Origin: Blepharisma stoltei ATCC 30299
Lineage: Eukaryota > Protista > Ciliophora
DNA length: 64,000 nt
Direction of reading: 5' to 3'
Assembly: GCA_965603825.1 (NCBI GenBank)
Contig: CBFDEM010000006.1
Location: forward strand, 186,001 to 250,000
The translations under genes and the position numbers were made by a program. The notes under the pieces are model-generated. The model ran no database searches. It was given only the letters and a program-made list of their open reading frames with translations, and was not told the origin of the DNA. Below are positions 25,224 to 37,730 of this stretch, piece after piece; within the stretch, counting starts at the first letter, position 1, and each line of letters opens with the position of its first letter.

Positions 25224-25928
25224 TTAAATTACCTTTTTACACTCACTGCAGATTTCACAGAGGATTGTCTTTTTCAAGCATTTTATGCAAATTTCTTTAT
25301 TGAGCATCCCTATTAATAAATTGTTTTCAGCATGGCTGATTAAAGCTTCTCTAGAAATTGTATGCCCGTGGAGAGAATGCCCTGTAACCTTTGAAACTTT
25401 TGGATTGTCTATGTCAATAACTGAAAATGTCACGTGAGAGTTCAAAAGGGTCCTGATTAATTGAAAATCTTCTACAGAGTTTGAATAATTAGAGTCAATC
25501 CTGATTATTAAAGAGCTATTAGGATTGCAAATTGGACAATAAGTATATGAAGATAGCGTGCCTAGCAAGTTTCCTTTGAGAAAATGCAAATATACATGAG
25601 GGCATCTTTTTCCTGTAAGGATTTTGGTGAGGTCTCCAGAGTCTTCAAGATACTGGAGCTCAGGGTAGCCTCCTATGTATACACCGTTTATCATGATTTG
25701 GGGGAGCGGCCATGAGCTTGTATTGTTTTCTCGTTTGATTTTAAAAAGCTGATGAGAGGAATATAGTATGATTCTCATTTTGGTGTTTCCAATTGGACCG
25801 GCGCTATTGAGGTCAATTTCTTCAAAAGGAATGCCTTTCACAGATAAAAGTTGGACAGCGAGCTGGGAGTGATCAAATTCAATCCTGCTTGAATGTAGAG
25901 ATGTTGTGTACACCTTGACGACTGCCAT
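25224..25928 (-). CDS. SH3BGR/glutaredoxin-like protein with CxxC motifs
   Basis: Motifs VKVYTTS, KGIPFEEIDL and LPQIMINGVYIGGY..L..LEDSG.L; second degenerate Grx-like segment. Confidence 0.75.
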   Translation of the reverse strand: MAVVKVYTTSLHSSRIEFDHSQLAVQLLSVKGIPFEEIDLNSAGPIGNTKMRIILYSSHQLFKIKRENNTSSWPLPQIMINGVYIGGYPELQYLEDSGDLTKILTGKRCPHVYLHFLKGNLLGTLSSYTYCPICNPNSSLIIRIDSNYSNSVEDFQLIRTLLNSHVTFSVIDIDNPKVSKVTGHSLHGHTISREALISHAENNLLIGMLNKEICIKCLKKTILCEICSECKKVI

Positions 25929-26158
25929 TTTAAATTTGCTAAAATAAAATGATGGGGGTTTTAAGTTTTTATTTAATGAAATATGCTAAAGTATGTGCAT
26001 TAACTTAAAATCGAAATTGTTTATTAATTTATGTTTAAAACAATTTAAGTTTGTTATTGAAGAAATATTATTTTAACAGTTTTATATTAGAATGCTTTTT
26101 AATCGACTATTAATTAATAAAATTTCAAAAAGGATTTCTAAAAATAGCAAAAATTTTG

Positions 26159-26890
26159 ATGATTAAACTTAGCTTCATAGTTTTCTTTTTATCTCAATGC
26201 CCTGTTTGGGCAGGCAAATGAGATGCATTAGCAACAGCACTTATCAATGCAGAATATAAAGAAGTTAGTGGTAAAGAAGCAAGACTTTTTGAAAGTATTA
26301 AGCTTATTCAAATTGAGGAATTCCCAGCAAGCCCTGGAATAAAATACACGCTGGTATTACTCTTGAATAGCACAGCAGAAAATAAACTGAGCTTACATAA
26401 AATCTCCCTATGAACCAGCGGCTCTGCTAATGAAATTAGGATTGATAGTCACAAATCTCCAATGATTGAAATTGATAGTAACTCATCGCAGCCTATAATT
26501 AAAGCGGCTATGAGTTTATATTTTAATGAAACAATTCCTGCATTAGGAAATTTCAGTATTTATAGGCAATCGATTAATGATAGTCATGCAAAAATTAATT
26601 TGACTTATGCTCTTGTGAGTTATAATGAAAAAGAATATTGGGTATATGTACTGAAGAATAGCACAAAAATTTATAATTATATATGAGAAAGCGAAACCTT
26701 AGGAAATAATGAAACTGAGCAATATAAAATTTCACTTATGAGATCTTTTATTATTACAACTATAGTTAGTGTGATTTTAACATTAATAGCAATTACAGCT
26801 ATTTGGAGGATTAAAGGAGACTATCCGCTACAACCAACGAGTACAGTAAAAGATTCACGATCAGTTAATATTCCTCCTAATAAAACATAA
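26159..26890 (+). CDS. Type I membrane glycoprotein, weakly cystatin-like ectodomain
   Basis: Frame is open from ATG 26159 to TAA 26890 with three TGA=Trp. Signal peptide, several NxS/T sites and one C-terminal TM helix. Confidence 0.65.
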
Positions 26891-27002
26891 TTTCATTAAT
26901 TCTTTAATCGTTGCAAAATATTTGAAATATATAAATATTAAAAATTTATTAAATTAAATTAATTTTATATCTTCAAATTATCGGTATCCTACAATACAAA
27001 TT

Positions 27003-28925
27003 TTAACAACAGCATCTTTTGCTAGCTCTTCCAGGATCTCTTTCTCGGTTCATAAATGCAACCAGCAGCTCTGGTGCATGCTCTGGAGCTCTTTGTTTTT
27101 TATTGCTAAACTCTTCATCAATTAAAAAGCACTGCAGCAAACAATCACAAGCAGTTTCATAAATTCCAATAAATAAGGACGCAATTATATATGATATAAA
27201 TAAAAATACTATTGTAGGAAATACAGGAGAATAAATTTTGTCATTTCATTTAGAGTTGTTAGTAATAATCATATAGCCTACTCATGTAGTAAAAATCGTA
27301 ATAACCCATTTGCCAAGCACCATAAAAATCCCTCCAATTGTTCCGAGGGTTAAAAATCTTGCCGCATTTCTGAGAATTAAAAAATAAGCATCTCTGGCTG
27401 CCTTACAAAAACTGGTAGACTGTATTGCAATCTGGATATAAGCATTTTTGTTTATGAATTTCGCAAATCTCTCAAAGCAATTAGCATAGCAAATCAAGCA
27501 TGATATTGCAAGCACAATTAATTTATTTTCTTTTTGTTTTGTTTGAGTTGACTTCAGCACTGCTTTTAAAACTTTGAGGACAATCTTTATAGCCCATATG
27601 ATTGCTAATAAAAATGACCCAAAAGCCAGAGATCCCTGATGGTATCTAAACGCTCTATAAAATGACGTAGAAATAGGAGTCTGTGCTCTAGAATCAGTAT
27701 TTTGAGAAAAATACCAAATGCAAACTGCGCTTGATAATATAAAATTATTAAGCGCAACAATAAAAGTATTCACTCACAGCATCCCAAAGAACTCAAAAAC
27801 AATTGCATTTCGCGAGTCTCCATTTCAGCTTAAATAGGGTGACTCAGAATTTTTTTTGATTTTTCCATCTGAATATAAGTATAAAATTGCGCAAACCCAA
27901 TAAATATAAAATACAACTGTGATAGCAAAAAATAAAGGAGGCACAAAAATAGCGTATCAGACATCTTTAAGAAACAATGTACTCGTCTTCATAATAGCAA
28001 TGGCTAGCCTAATCCTATTGCACATAAAAACAATATAAATTAAGAATAAAGCATCAAATGCGTATAAAAATGCAGAAAATGCTCAGAGCGTTTTTCTTGT
28101 TTCTTTATCTGTGTCGTCTTGGTATTTATTTGTAGCAGTCCATTGAATAAGGGCTGCAAAAATGAGCAAAGCTGAAAAAACTCCTAAAATCGAAAGCCAG
28201 ACGACTATTCCTATAAAATACCTTAAAAAAATCAAATAAATAAAAGCAAAGCCAAAAGCTACAGCCACAACAATTCCTATGACAGGCCAGGTGACAATAA
28301 CATCAGAAAATCATTTTATAAGAATTTGATAGTCACTGGTGTCTCTAACCTCGTCATATGAATCAAATAACCATTTTCTATTTGAGGTGTCTGGAAAACA
28401 AAATCTTGAAAAATAGCCTGTTGTTGGATATACTCCTCTAATATAGCCATATTCAGAAAGAGGCTCATTACTATACTCTTCAAAGCCAAATATACAGTCT
28501 TTAAAAATATGAGTTTTATAGCATGTTATGTTGTATTCATAGCTATCTGGGCAATCTTTAATGCAGACACTATAATTGAAGTAGCCGGAAAGAGGAAATG
28601 GGTAATATAAATATTTATAGTCTGATGCACTTCCTATGCCGCATTGATTGCCTGATGAGTCATAGGGATGGGTTAAAAGATCAGGGTCTCCATGGGCAAA
28701 TCCATAAAAGCCGATAATTATTCATGCCAATAAGAATGCAATAAATAAAAACAAAAATAAAAAATCTGTACATTTGCGATTATATGTAGGTCCATAATAA
28801 ATACTGTCATCAATAGGCTCTCCAGTATAATTTGGATCTAAATGCTTGTTGTATTGAGATTTTGAGTCTAATAAGTATTCGTTTCTTGTAGGTTGAGTCT
28901 TATTTTCGCTATTTTTATTTCCCAT
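27003..28925 (-). CDS. Choline transporter-like protein (SLC44/CTL family)
   Basis: Motifs GP..NRKCTD, RYHQGSLAFGS, KFINKNAYIQIAI...FC.AA and LQCFLIDEE. The fragments share one frame, linked by TGA. Confidence 0.92.
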
Positions 28926-29118
28926 TTATAACTGCTGGCTTTAAAAATAAGCATTTGGAATACCAAATTAAAGCAATTTATATATATGCTTGAATCTAGG
29001 ATACAGCAAAATAATTAATATAAATATCGCATAAACTTTAGAAATTTGGATAATTATTATATCATTTGACAATTATCCCTATTTAATCTTTTTAAATGCA
29101 ATTATTCATCTTTAAATA

Positions 29119-30639
29119 ATGAATAAGAGGCTGTGCTGGCAAGGCATTGATAAATGGATCTCTGAAAAAAAGCTTGCAAGAATCCTTAAAGACAATCTGC
29201 CAAGCATTGATGGCTTACTCCTCGCACGCCCTCCAAAAAAGCCATATGCTTTCTTAGAATTCGACACTGAAGAAAGAATGAATACCTTTGTAGAAGCATT
29301 CCAGCCTGAGATCGTGAACAAAAAATACAAATTCAAGCAAGCTACCGACCGTGCAATCGGTAAAGGTAAATCAATTGAAGAAATCCTTTTAAGCAAGCCG
29401 CCAAAGGTTACAATTGAAGCTCAGCCTTTAGGACCTATTGAGGATAAAGTCACGCCTTATTGGAATATGCAGTACTCAGCACAGCTTCTTGAGAAAAAAA
29501 ATCAAGTCTCCAAGTTTTACGGGACCTTCCTAAAAGATATGGAAATAAAAACCAAAAAAAGCGACACCGTCCCTTTGCAATGGCTAAGTGAGCCTCCACA
29601 GGTCCTGGATGTAAAAAGTAGCCCAGCTACTGAGGGGTATAGAAATAAGGTAGAATATACAATTGGTTATGCTGAAAACCGAGAAATCAAAGTTGGCTTC
29701 ACAAATGGCCAAATGGCAGCTGGAAATTTGAGAGTGGACTCTCCTGAAAATTGCATAAATATTTCACAATTTTCAAAAGATATTGCAGTAAAAGTTGAAG
29801 AATGTGTAAAAGCAAGCGGAATTCCTCCTGTCGATACAAAGACTAATGAAGGTGTGTGGAAAACAGTGCTTTTAAGAACAACAACATATACAAACCAAAG
29901 CATGCTTGTGTTGACGGTAAATGACAACCATCAAATCAGTAAAATTGAGCAAGCTTTGCAGCCTTTATCATCTGAAGTTGACACTTTGGTGCTTGTTGTT
30001 CAGAAATCTCCTAGACAAATAAAAGTGTTAAGCGGCTCTGGATTTATTACAGAGAGGCTGCTTAATAAGACCTTCCAAATATCTCCTTTGTCTTTCTTCC
30101 AAGTCAATACTTCTGGCTGTGAAATTCTTTATACAGAGGTAATGAATTCTATTGAAGGAGAGCTGTTACTTGATATTTGTTGTGGAACTGGGAGTATTGG
30201 GATTTGCTGCAGTGATAAAGTAAAGCGAATAATAGGGATTGAAATTGTACCTGAAGCAGTAGAAGATGCAATCATAAATGCTCAAATGAATAACGTTTCT
30301 GCAGAATATAAAGTAGGAAAGGCAGAAGATCTAATGAAAGATATTTCAAGAGAAGTTGAAGGACAAGTGATAACTGGAGTTGTAGACCCTCCCAGGAATG
30401 GATTACACAAAAACATTCTTACCGCGTTAAGAACTACAAAAGGATTGGACAATTTAGTCTATGTGTCTTGCAATCCAGAAACAATGTTTAAAGATTTAGT
30501 ACAGTTGTGTGCTCCAGAATCTGGAAAAAAGTTTAGAGCTCCTCCATTTGTGCCTTTGAGGGTACAGCCAGTCGACATGTTCCCTCACACTCCTCATGTA
30601 GAGTGTGTAGTAGCTTTGAAGAGAATTACAAAACTTTAG
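29119..30639 (+). CDS. tRNA (uracil-5)-methyltransferase Trm2/TRMT2A-like
   Basis: Motifs YRNKVEYTIG, ISPLSFFQVN, DICCGTGSIG, DPPRNG, YVSCN and VDMFPHTPHVE. Confidence 0.92.
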   Translation: MNKRLCWQGIDKWISEKKLARILKDNLPSIDGLLLARPPKKPYAFLEFDTEERMNTFVEAFQPEIVNKKYKFKQATDRAIGKGKSIEEILLSKPPKVTIEAQPLGPIEDKVTPYWNMQYSAQLLEKKNQVSKFYGTFLKDMEIKTKKSDTVPLQWLSEPPQVLDVKSSPATEGYRNKVEYTIGYAENREIKVGFTNGQMAAGNLRVDSPENCINISQFSKDIAVKVEECVKASGIPPVDTKTNEGVWKTVLLRTTTYTNQSMLVLTVNDNHQISKIEQALQPLSSEVDTLVLVVQKSPRQIKVLSGSGFITERLLNKTFQISPLSFFQVNTSGCEILYTEVMNSIEGELLLDICCGTGSIGICCSDKVKRIIGIEIVPEAVEDAIINAQMNNVSAEYKVGKAEDLMKDISREVEGQVITGVVDPPRNGLHKNILTALRTTKGLDNLVYVSCNPETMFKDLVQLCAPESGKKFRAPPFVPLRVQPVDMFPHTPHVECVVALKRITKL

Positions 30640-31365
30640 AATAAATTTTATAAAAAATATGACTTTTTCTTTGATGCGTAAAGCGCTAAATATATTTGGC
30701 ATAGCAAATTATGAAAAATTAGCTTTTTAGCCAATTATTAAAGGAAACTGCCAACTTATTATAACTATTTTAGAGATATGAATATGCTAATTCCTAAGTT
30801 GAGAATATTATTTGGATATTTACTGGAAAATAATAGCTTTCTGATATATTTTAAGTCTCAAATAATAAAACTTAATTGAATAGGACAATTTTAAGTACTA
30901 ATGAGGAGCTTACTTATGGTAGCACTAATTAATTTTTTTCTAGAATCCTTCAGATCTCAATTATTTTAATTATAATTGAGATTTCCTGATATTTAAATTT
31001 AAGTCAAATTTCAAATTATAATTATGAAAATTACCAAAAGTTGGACACAATAAATTCAGTTTCGATGCTCCTCCGATTTACTATTTAACTAACTAAAAAA
31101 ATTAAAAATTTGCTACAGATTGAAGCTTTTCTATTGGCTTATTAGCTCTCATTTTTATGTGATTACAATCATTTTTATTACACAAATATGAATTGATAAT
31201 ATAGGCTATAATTATCTCTAATAATTTATCTTTAAATCATCCTTATTACTTCTATTTCACTTAATTTCCTCAATTCTGATGTTCCCCACTAAAATAATCA
31301 TCATCACTTTTTATCTTTAATGATGTGGATTTGTTTGTCATATTACAAGAAAGTCCTATAATTTA

Positions 31366-31758
31366 ATGGAGAACAAAAGTCATCAGGCCTTCATGAAACT
31401 CCTCGCGATTGAAAAAGCCTCCTTGGCTCAATCGGAGTTCCATAATAAATCTAAATTTTCACGATCTGTGAATAGCCTGCCTGAATTTTTCAAACCCACG
31501 AAAGATCTGAACACGAATGAGAATTTTCCAGGTTCTGGACTAATCCACAGGAAGTGCTCAGAAATTTCAAGGAAGCCAAGCCACGATAATTGTGCCTTCA
31601 ACCGTTCGTCTGAAGTCATAATTGCGTGTACTCATGAATATACCCGAATTTTCAACGATAAGCTATCAGAAATGATGGATTTCCATAAAGAAACAATTTT
31701 AAAACTAATAAACAACAATGATCTTGACGGCAATCAAGACTTACAAGAACGAGCTTAA
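31366..31758 (+). CDS. Hypothetical protein
   Basis: 130-aa ATG-TAA ORF that is GC-richer than its flanks. Confidence 0.55.
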   Translation: MENKSHQAFMKLLAIEKASLAQSEFHNKSKFSRSVNSLPEFFKPTKDLNTNENFPGSGLIHRKCSEISRKPSHDNCAFNRSSEVIIACTHEYTRIFNDKLSEMMDFHKETILKLINNNDLDGNQDLQERA

Positions 31759-32277
31759 ACGTGTGATAAATTATTTTTGCTTGAATAATTATAATTAAAC
31801 TACGTTTGTAAATTTTCGATTTATTTAATGATGATTTTATCTGAAGAAATAGATGCAGCCTAGTAGATTTTTTAAAAGAAAATATTTATGGTGCTCAGAT
31901 TTATACAAAAAATGAAATAGAAGTATAGTAAAAGTAAAATGTGTCTATTCGATTTTATGGATGTTTTTATTTTCCATTCAACATCAATTTCAGCAATTAA
32001 GTAGTATAGTTAATATTCTAGAAATTAACAAATTAGTCAGATTCAAGGATTTATATTAGTTTTCAATTTCAGCAAAGTTTTAGTTCCTTAATTGGATATT
32101 TCATATATATTTTAAATTAAATTTATAATTTTTCCTAGCCCAAATTGCAAGTTTTAGTTGATAATAATTTTTTTTGTCTATAAGTTTTACGATTGTTAAG
32201 TTAGAATTTGATCCAATTGAATTCTTTCTTAATAGTTGAGTAAAAAATTTATATTGTATAATTGATCCGGTAATTGA

Positions 32278-32950
<673 letters not shown>

Positions 32951-33065
32951 GCAAATAAGGCATAGGCTAACGTAATTTTTATTATCAAGCTTAAATCCAT
33001 ATATATTATTTTTCAATTTGTCTGATAAATATTGTTTTTTATAAAAATATGTTCATTTAAATTAT

Positions 33066-34667
33066 TTACGATCCAGCTAACACTATTACCTCAAGGCATC
33101 TAATATCAAAAGTCGAGCTCCCAAGTACATCATTCCGATAAGTCTCGCACTGGTATGAAGAACATTTCATCAGATCTCCATCAATTGTTAATGCTGGCCC
33201 ATGTCCTCCACCTCCAAATATCATCATGTCCTTTTGTACATAACAGTATAATTCATTATTTCCTGTAGACTGAAAAAACTTCTTAACTGGACTAAGGGAA
33301 AATACAAATGACTCTCCACTTCCAAAATAATCATTTTCCATATGAAATATGCAGTCCAAAAATGCTCCAACAACATAATTTTCCATTGAAGAAATAGCCA
33401 AAATTACTGGGACTTTTTGGTCAATGTTTGAGCATTTCCCTAAAATCGCTGAAATTGATGAACCATCAGTTTTGCTTGAAAAAATTAATTTTGGAATAAA
33501 TGTCTTATAAAAATCGGTCATATTTGACCAAATTCAATAGAGGTCAGTGATGCTTAATATTGATGACTCCACAATTAGCGTTGACATAAAAATACTTGAA
33601 TTTCGCTTTGGAATTGGCATCTCCAGGTAATTTGAATTTGTATTCAGGCAAGGAAACAACTTTGCCTGAGCAGCACATTGGAGTATTCCATCAATATCTA
33701 AAGTGTCACATTTCGATTTAACTAGGCTTTTGATATCCACTGCTTCTTCTGGTATCTCATCTTTTAAGAAATAAAAAATTGCATACACAACCCTCAAAAA
33801 TGCTTTGGCTCCTCCTGATATAAAGTATAAAAATATCCTTAAAAGACTAGGTAACTTAAAATACCCAATAAAATTAGTAATATACATATCCCTGACGACA
33901 CCTATTATATTTACATTGTTCATGAAATGTGGCCTTAAAGTATAGATATTTTTCTTTAAAATTGCTTCGCAAAAAGTCATAAATCTCACTAATTCTTCTT
34001 CTGTCAACGTGAAATGCCATCTATATTTTTCATCTTTTTCTCAAGAAGCTCGGATTATTTTTGAAACTATTGAGCAGGCTTCATGCTCTTTGAAATAGAT
34101 AAGGAGTAATGATATAAAGCTTGATATTTCTGGACAAAATTCTATAATATGCGAGCTTTCTATAACAAATAGTATGCGCTCTAGGGCAGTTTTACCTTCT
34201 GGAGTGACATAAAACTTTGGGACTAGCTCAGATAAAGAATTTGAAGAAAACGTAGGGGGAGACTCAGGAGCTTTGAACTCACTGTTGTGGGAGTCAGTCT
34301 CAGGGTAAGCTTGAATTGAAGTGATGTTGTAAACGGAGGCCTGATCTTTTATGTCTAAAAGCTTGATTAAAAGAGGACGGATAAGGCAATTAGGAATGCC
34401 TGCTCTTATATTGTTTTTTCATAATTTGAGTAGCTCTACTTGGTATAATCTTTCAGAGTATGCGAATTCTCTGTTTAGTGACTTTCTTATTTTTTGGCAA
34501 TTTTTACCAAGTTTGTCTTGGCTCTTTGCGTAATTAATGTTATTGTCTTCTTCAAAATATATAGAAGGCGTGCAAAATCCGTTTAGCATCCAGTTTTCTT
34601 TGTCTAGTATGAAAGACTGTGAATTAGCTTTTTCTTTTTCATTGGCTTTATTGCAGCAATTTCCCAT
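33066..34667 (-). CDS. TBC + TLDc protein (TBC1D24-like) with MGNCC acylation motif
   Basis: One frame with TGA=Trp. Motifs IRAGIP, TPEGKTALERIL, FCPEI; TLDc motifs TDGSS, YFGSGESFVF and FGGGG..PAL.ID. Confidence 0.87.
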
Positions 34668-35248
34668 GATTTAAATATATATCACCAATTAGTATATAAC
34701 TTCTAAATAAAATTTTTAAGTAGTAACAGCTAATAAAATTGATCTTTTAACAGTCTCGTTATTTTTTTATAGAGACCCTAACGATTCTTAATAGAAAAAT
34801 CATTAATATTTTATTTAAGCATCTAAAAGTCTTTAGCAATTAGAGCAGTAAATTAACCTTTTACGCTAACTTCGTAAACTATCTCAATTATAATTTTTTT
34901 GTGTTGTTGTCTGCATTAGCTGCATTGCCTTATTTTGCAATATTGATAGATAAACAAATCCAATGGTTACCTGACGCAAATGGTATTGATATGGTGGCAT
35001 AAAGTTATAAAACTAATTTAAGTTTAAAATATGATTAATTCTCCCCACTTAAGTAATAATAATTTTTTTTCGCAAATGGAATGGAGCTACAAGCTTGCAA
35101 TTATTAAGATTAAAAGTGCAGATTTTTCTGACGACACATTTGACCTTTTTATATTTTTTATTTATTTACAAATAGTCAGTGCACAATAATTACTTATGAG
35201 TACTGCTGCAGATTAGGCTCTTAAAAGTAAATATTTTTAAAATTAAAT

Positions 35249-35821
35249 TTATTCTTTTCTCTTCATGTCGTCAGTTAGATTTTCTTCTGGGGACTGAAAA
35301 GTATCATTATCAATCTCATCAATTGTAGGGGCAATTGTGTATTCATCAGATTTAACCATATTTGGTATCAAAAATAAAATTCTCCCGAATTCCGGGCATA
35401 GTTTTATTACTTTAATCTGCCTTAGCCTCCTCATATTTTTTTCCTTGCTCATATATTTGCTTTTGGACATTTCAAATATTTTGTTGTAATATTCATTATC
35501 AAGAGCAGCTATTACTTTTATAATAAAATCTTTGTCAACAGGAGTTTCTGGCATATATTTATTGATAATTTCGTGAGATAAACAGTATTTTTGCATTCTT
35601 TCTCGGGATAAACTTATTTTATCTGAAGATAAGCATGACTTAACGTCTGAAAGAGACAATGCAAGCTTTTCACCTGACATAAGCTTGTAAAGATAGTCTA
35701 GGCTTATTATTTTGTAGTCTGGAAGTAAAAAATGCTGCCTGCCTTTAAAATAATCATAGAGAGTTTTTCTGCTGCCAAGAATCCTGGAGAGTTCTTTGAT
35801 AGTGTGGTCTTTGGATTCCAT
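35249..35821 (-). CDS. Hypothetical protein
   Basis: 190-aa ATG-TAA ORF. Confidence 0.65.
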   Translation of the reverse strand: MESKDHTIKELSRILGSRKTLYDYFKGRQHFLLPDYKIISLDYLYKLMSGEKLALSLSDVKSCLSSDKISLSRERMQKYCLSHEIINKYMPETPVDKDFIIKVIAALDNEYYNKIFEMSKSKYMSKEKNMRRLRQIKVIKLCPEFGRILFLIPNMVKSDEYTIAPTIDEIDNDTFQSPEENLTDDMKRKE

Positions 35822-36943
35822 CACAAAAAATTATAATATGCTTGCATTTATTTAATCATAACCCCCATACATTTTTTCATTAGTGGCTTGTTATATTTAA
35901 GCTGGTCTCTTTCTTTTTGCTGGCATATTAAAACTTGGAAAATAAATATTTCTACAGGTAAATTCATTTTATAGATCTCTGAGGCAAGTAAAAATTTTTG
36001 CCAATTCACCAAAGGGGAGAATTAAATTGCATTTCAAGTAGAGTGCTCAAAAGGTCTGAATACGCTTCTGTATAGATTTGGTATAATAAAAAGATAAATC
36101 AACACCGATTACTGACTTTTGCTTTTACAAAATTTGTTTGAGGGTGAGATTAATTGCTACTATTGATTGTTATGGGTATGTTTCAATAAATCATAATCCA
36201 AATATTCTAAGAATTATGCTAGGCATTTGATTATCTCTTTGCAGCGATTTATAGCTCAACCTTGAATTTATGTGTCCCATTCCAACTATTAATTAAAATA
36301 CTGATCAGTGTAGAAATATGTTAGACAATCAATTTGAAAGAAAAACTCATTAAATATTAAAATAAATGTATTATCTATCATACAATAGATATTAAAATGC
36401 TTGTAAATTACTTACTTCAGATTAATTGAAAGAAAACTCAGGATTGATTACGTATAGACATAATAAATAAAACAGCTACTTTCGGAGTAAATTTTCTTCG
36501 GGAACTCTTATTACAAATTTTATTATTAGAAGATTTGTTTTATGGTGTTCTTTATCCACATATGCCAATCAAGGCTTATCCCATATGCAAAAAGTTTAAG
36601 CCCTTAGCTCTAGAAGGTATAGAGTTCAACTTCTTGGCAATCACGAGTAAATGGAGTACTCACAAAATTCAAGCTTAGGTGAGTAGCACAAATTAGGAAA
36701 GACTGTTGCCATTAGTTGTGCTAAAAGGGTGGGTATGCTTTAATCATCCTGAAGAAGATGACATGATAAAACTAAATTATTAGTGTAATGTATTCCTTAC
36801 AGGCACAATAGAGAAATATTGGAAAGCTTTCATAAGCAAATAATAAATCACTAAGTTTCTTCTCTTCAGAAGTAGGCTAAATTTATGTAAAGTGATAATT
36901 GAAGTAAACATAAGTCATTCAGTTTTATAATTATCACTTTAGC

Positions 36944-37645
36944 ATGATAAATGGGTATGATATTCCTCAGACAAATGATTTTAAAATCTCCATCGAAAAT
37001 GAAGAAATTAAAGAAAATGCCTATAGTTCTAAAATTATATCTAAGCTACATAAATGTTTGAAGCGCTTGCAGTCAACAATGAAATTTGTTATGAAAGAAA
37101 ATATCGAAGCAATTTCGGCAATCCAAAAACAGTGCGAATGCATCCTGAAGGACATCGAATTCCTTCAAATAACTTTAAGAAAATGGATCAGCGCTTCAAA
37201 GCTGACAAACATAGACGACACATATCTGAATTTAGTCAAAAATTTTAAAAATTCAATAAAATCACATCCTTTACCTTTGGATAAAGGTTTTTCAAGTTTT
37301 CTGGACTCCTGGTACTTCAATTATGATAAACAAAATTACGAAGAGCTTAACAACATATTCAGCTCTTCAATTAATGCACCTTTTTCGCCAAGTTTAATAC
37401 AAAAAGAAGAAATAAAAAAGATGGAAGAGGAAAAGGAGCCTAAAGAACCTATAAAAGAAAAGAAAACAAAGAAATTGCACCAGAAGACTCCCAAATCAGA
37501 AATAAATGAATATGATGTTTTGATAGTTATGCGATATACCAAAGTTAGCAAGCTCCAAGCCATTGAAGCTCTTAAAGCTACAAAAGGAAACTTTACAAAT
37601 GCTATTCTATACTTAACGACAGGAAAGATTCCATTAGATGATTAA
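36944..37645 (+). CDS. Coiled-coil protein with a C-terminal NAC/HYPK-type UBA domain
   Basis: DVLIVMRYTKVSKLQAIEALKATKGNFTNAILYLT. Confidence 0.72.
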   Translation: MINGYDIPQTNDFKISIENEEIKENAYSSKIISKLHKCLKRLQSTMKFVMKENIEAISAIQKQCECILKDIEFLQITLRKWISASKLTNIDDTYLNLVKNFKNSIKSHPLPLDKGFSSFLDSWYFNYDKQNYEELNNIFSSSINAPFSPSLIQKEEIKKMEEEKEPKEPIKEKKTKKLHQKTPKSEINEYDVLIVMRYTKVSKLQAIEALKATKGNFTNAILYLTTGKIPLDD

Positions 37646-37730
37646 ATAAATTACTTATCATGATTTAATGCAAAAATGGTCGAATTATATAAATGATGAA
37701 ACCTTTTAGCTTTTATAAGTATATAATAAA

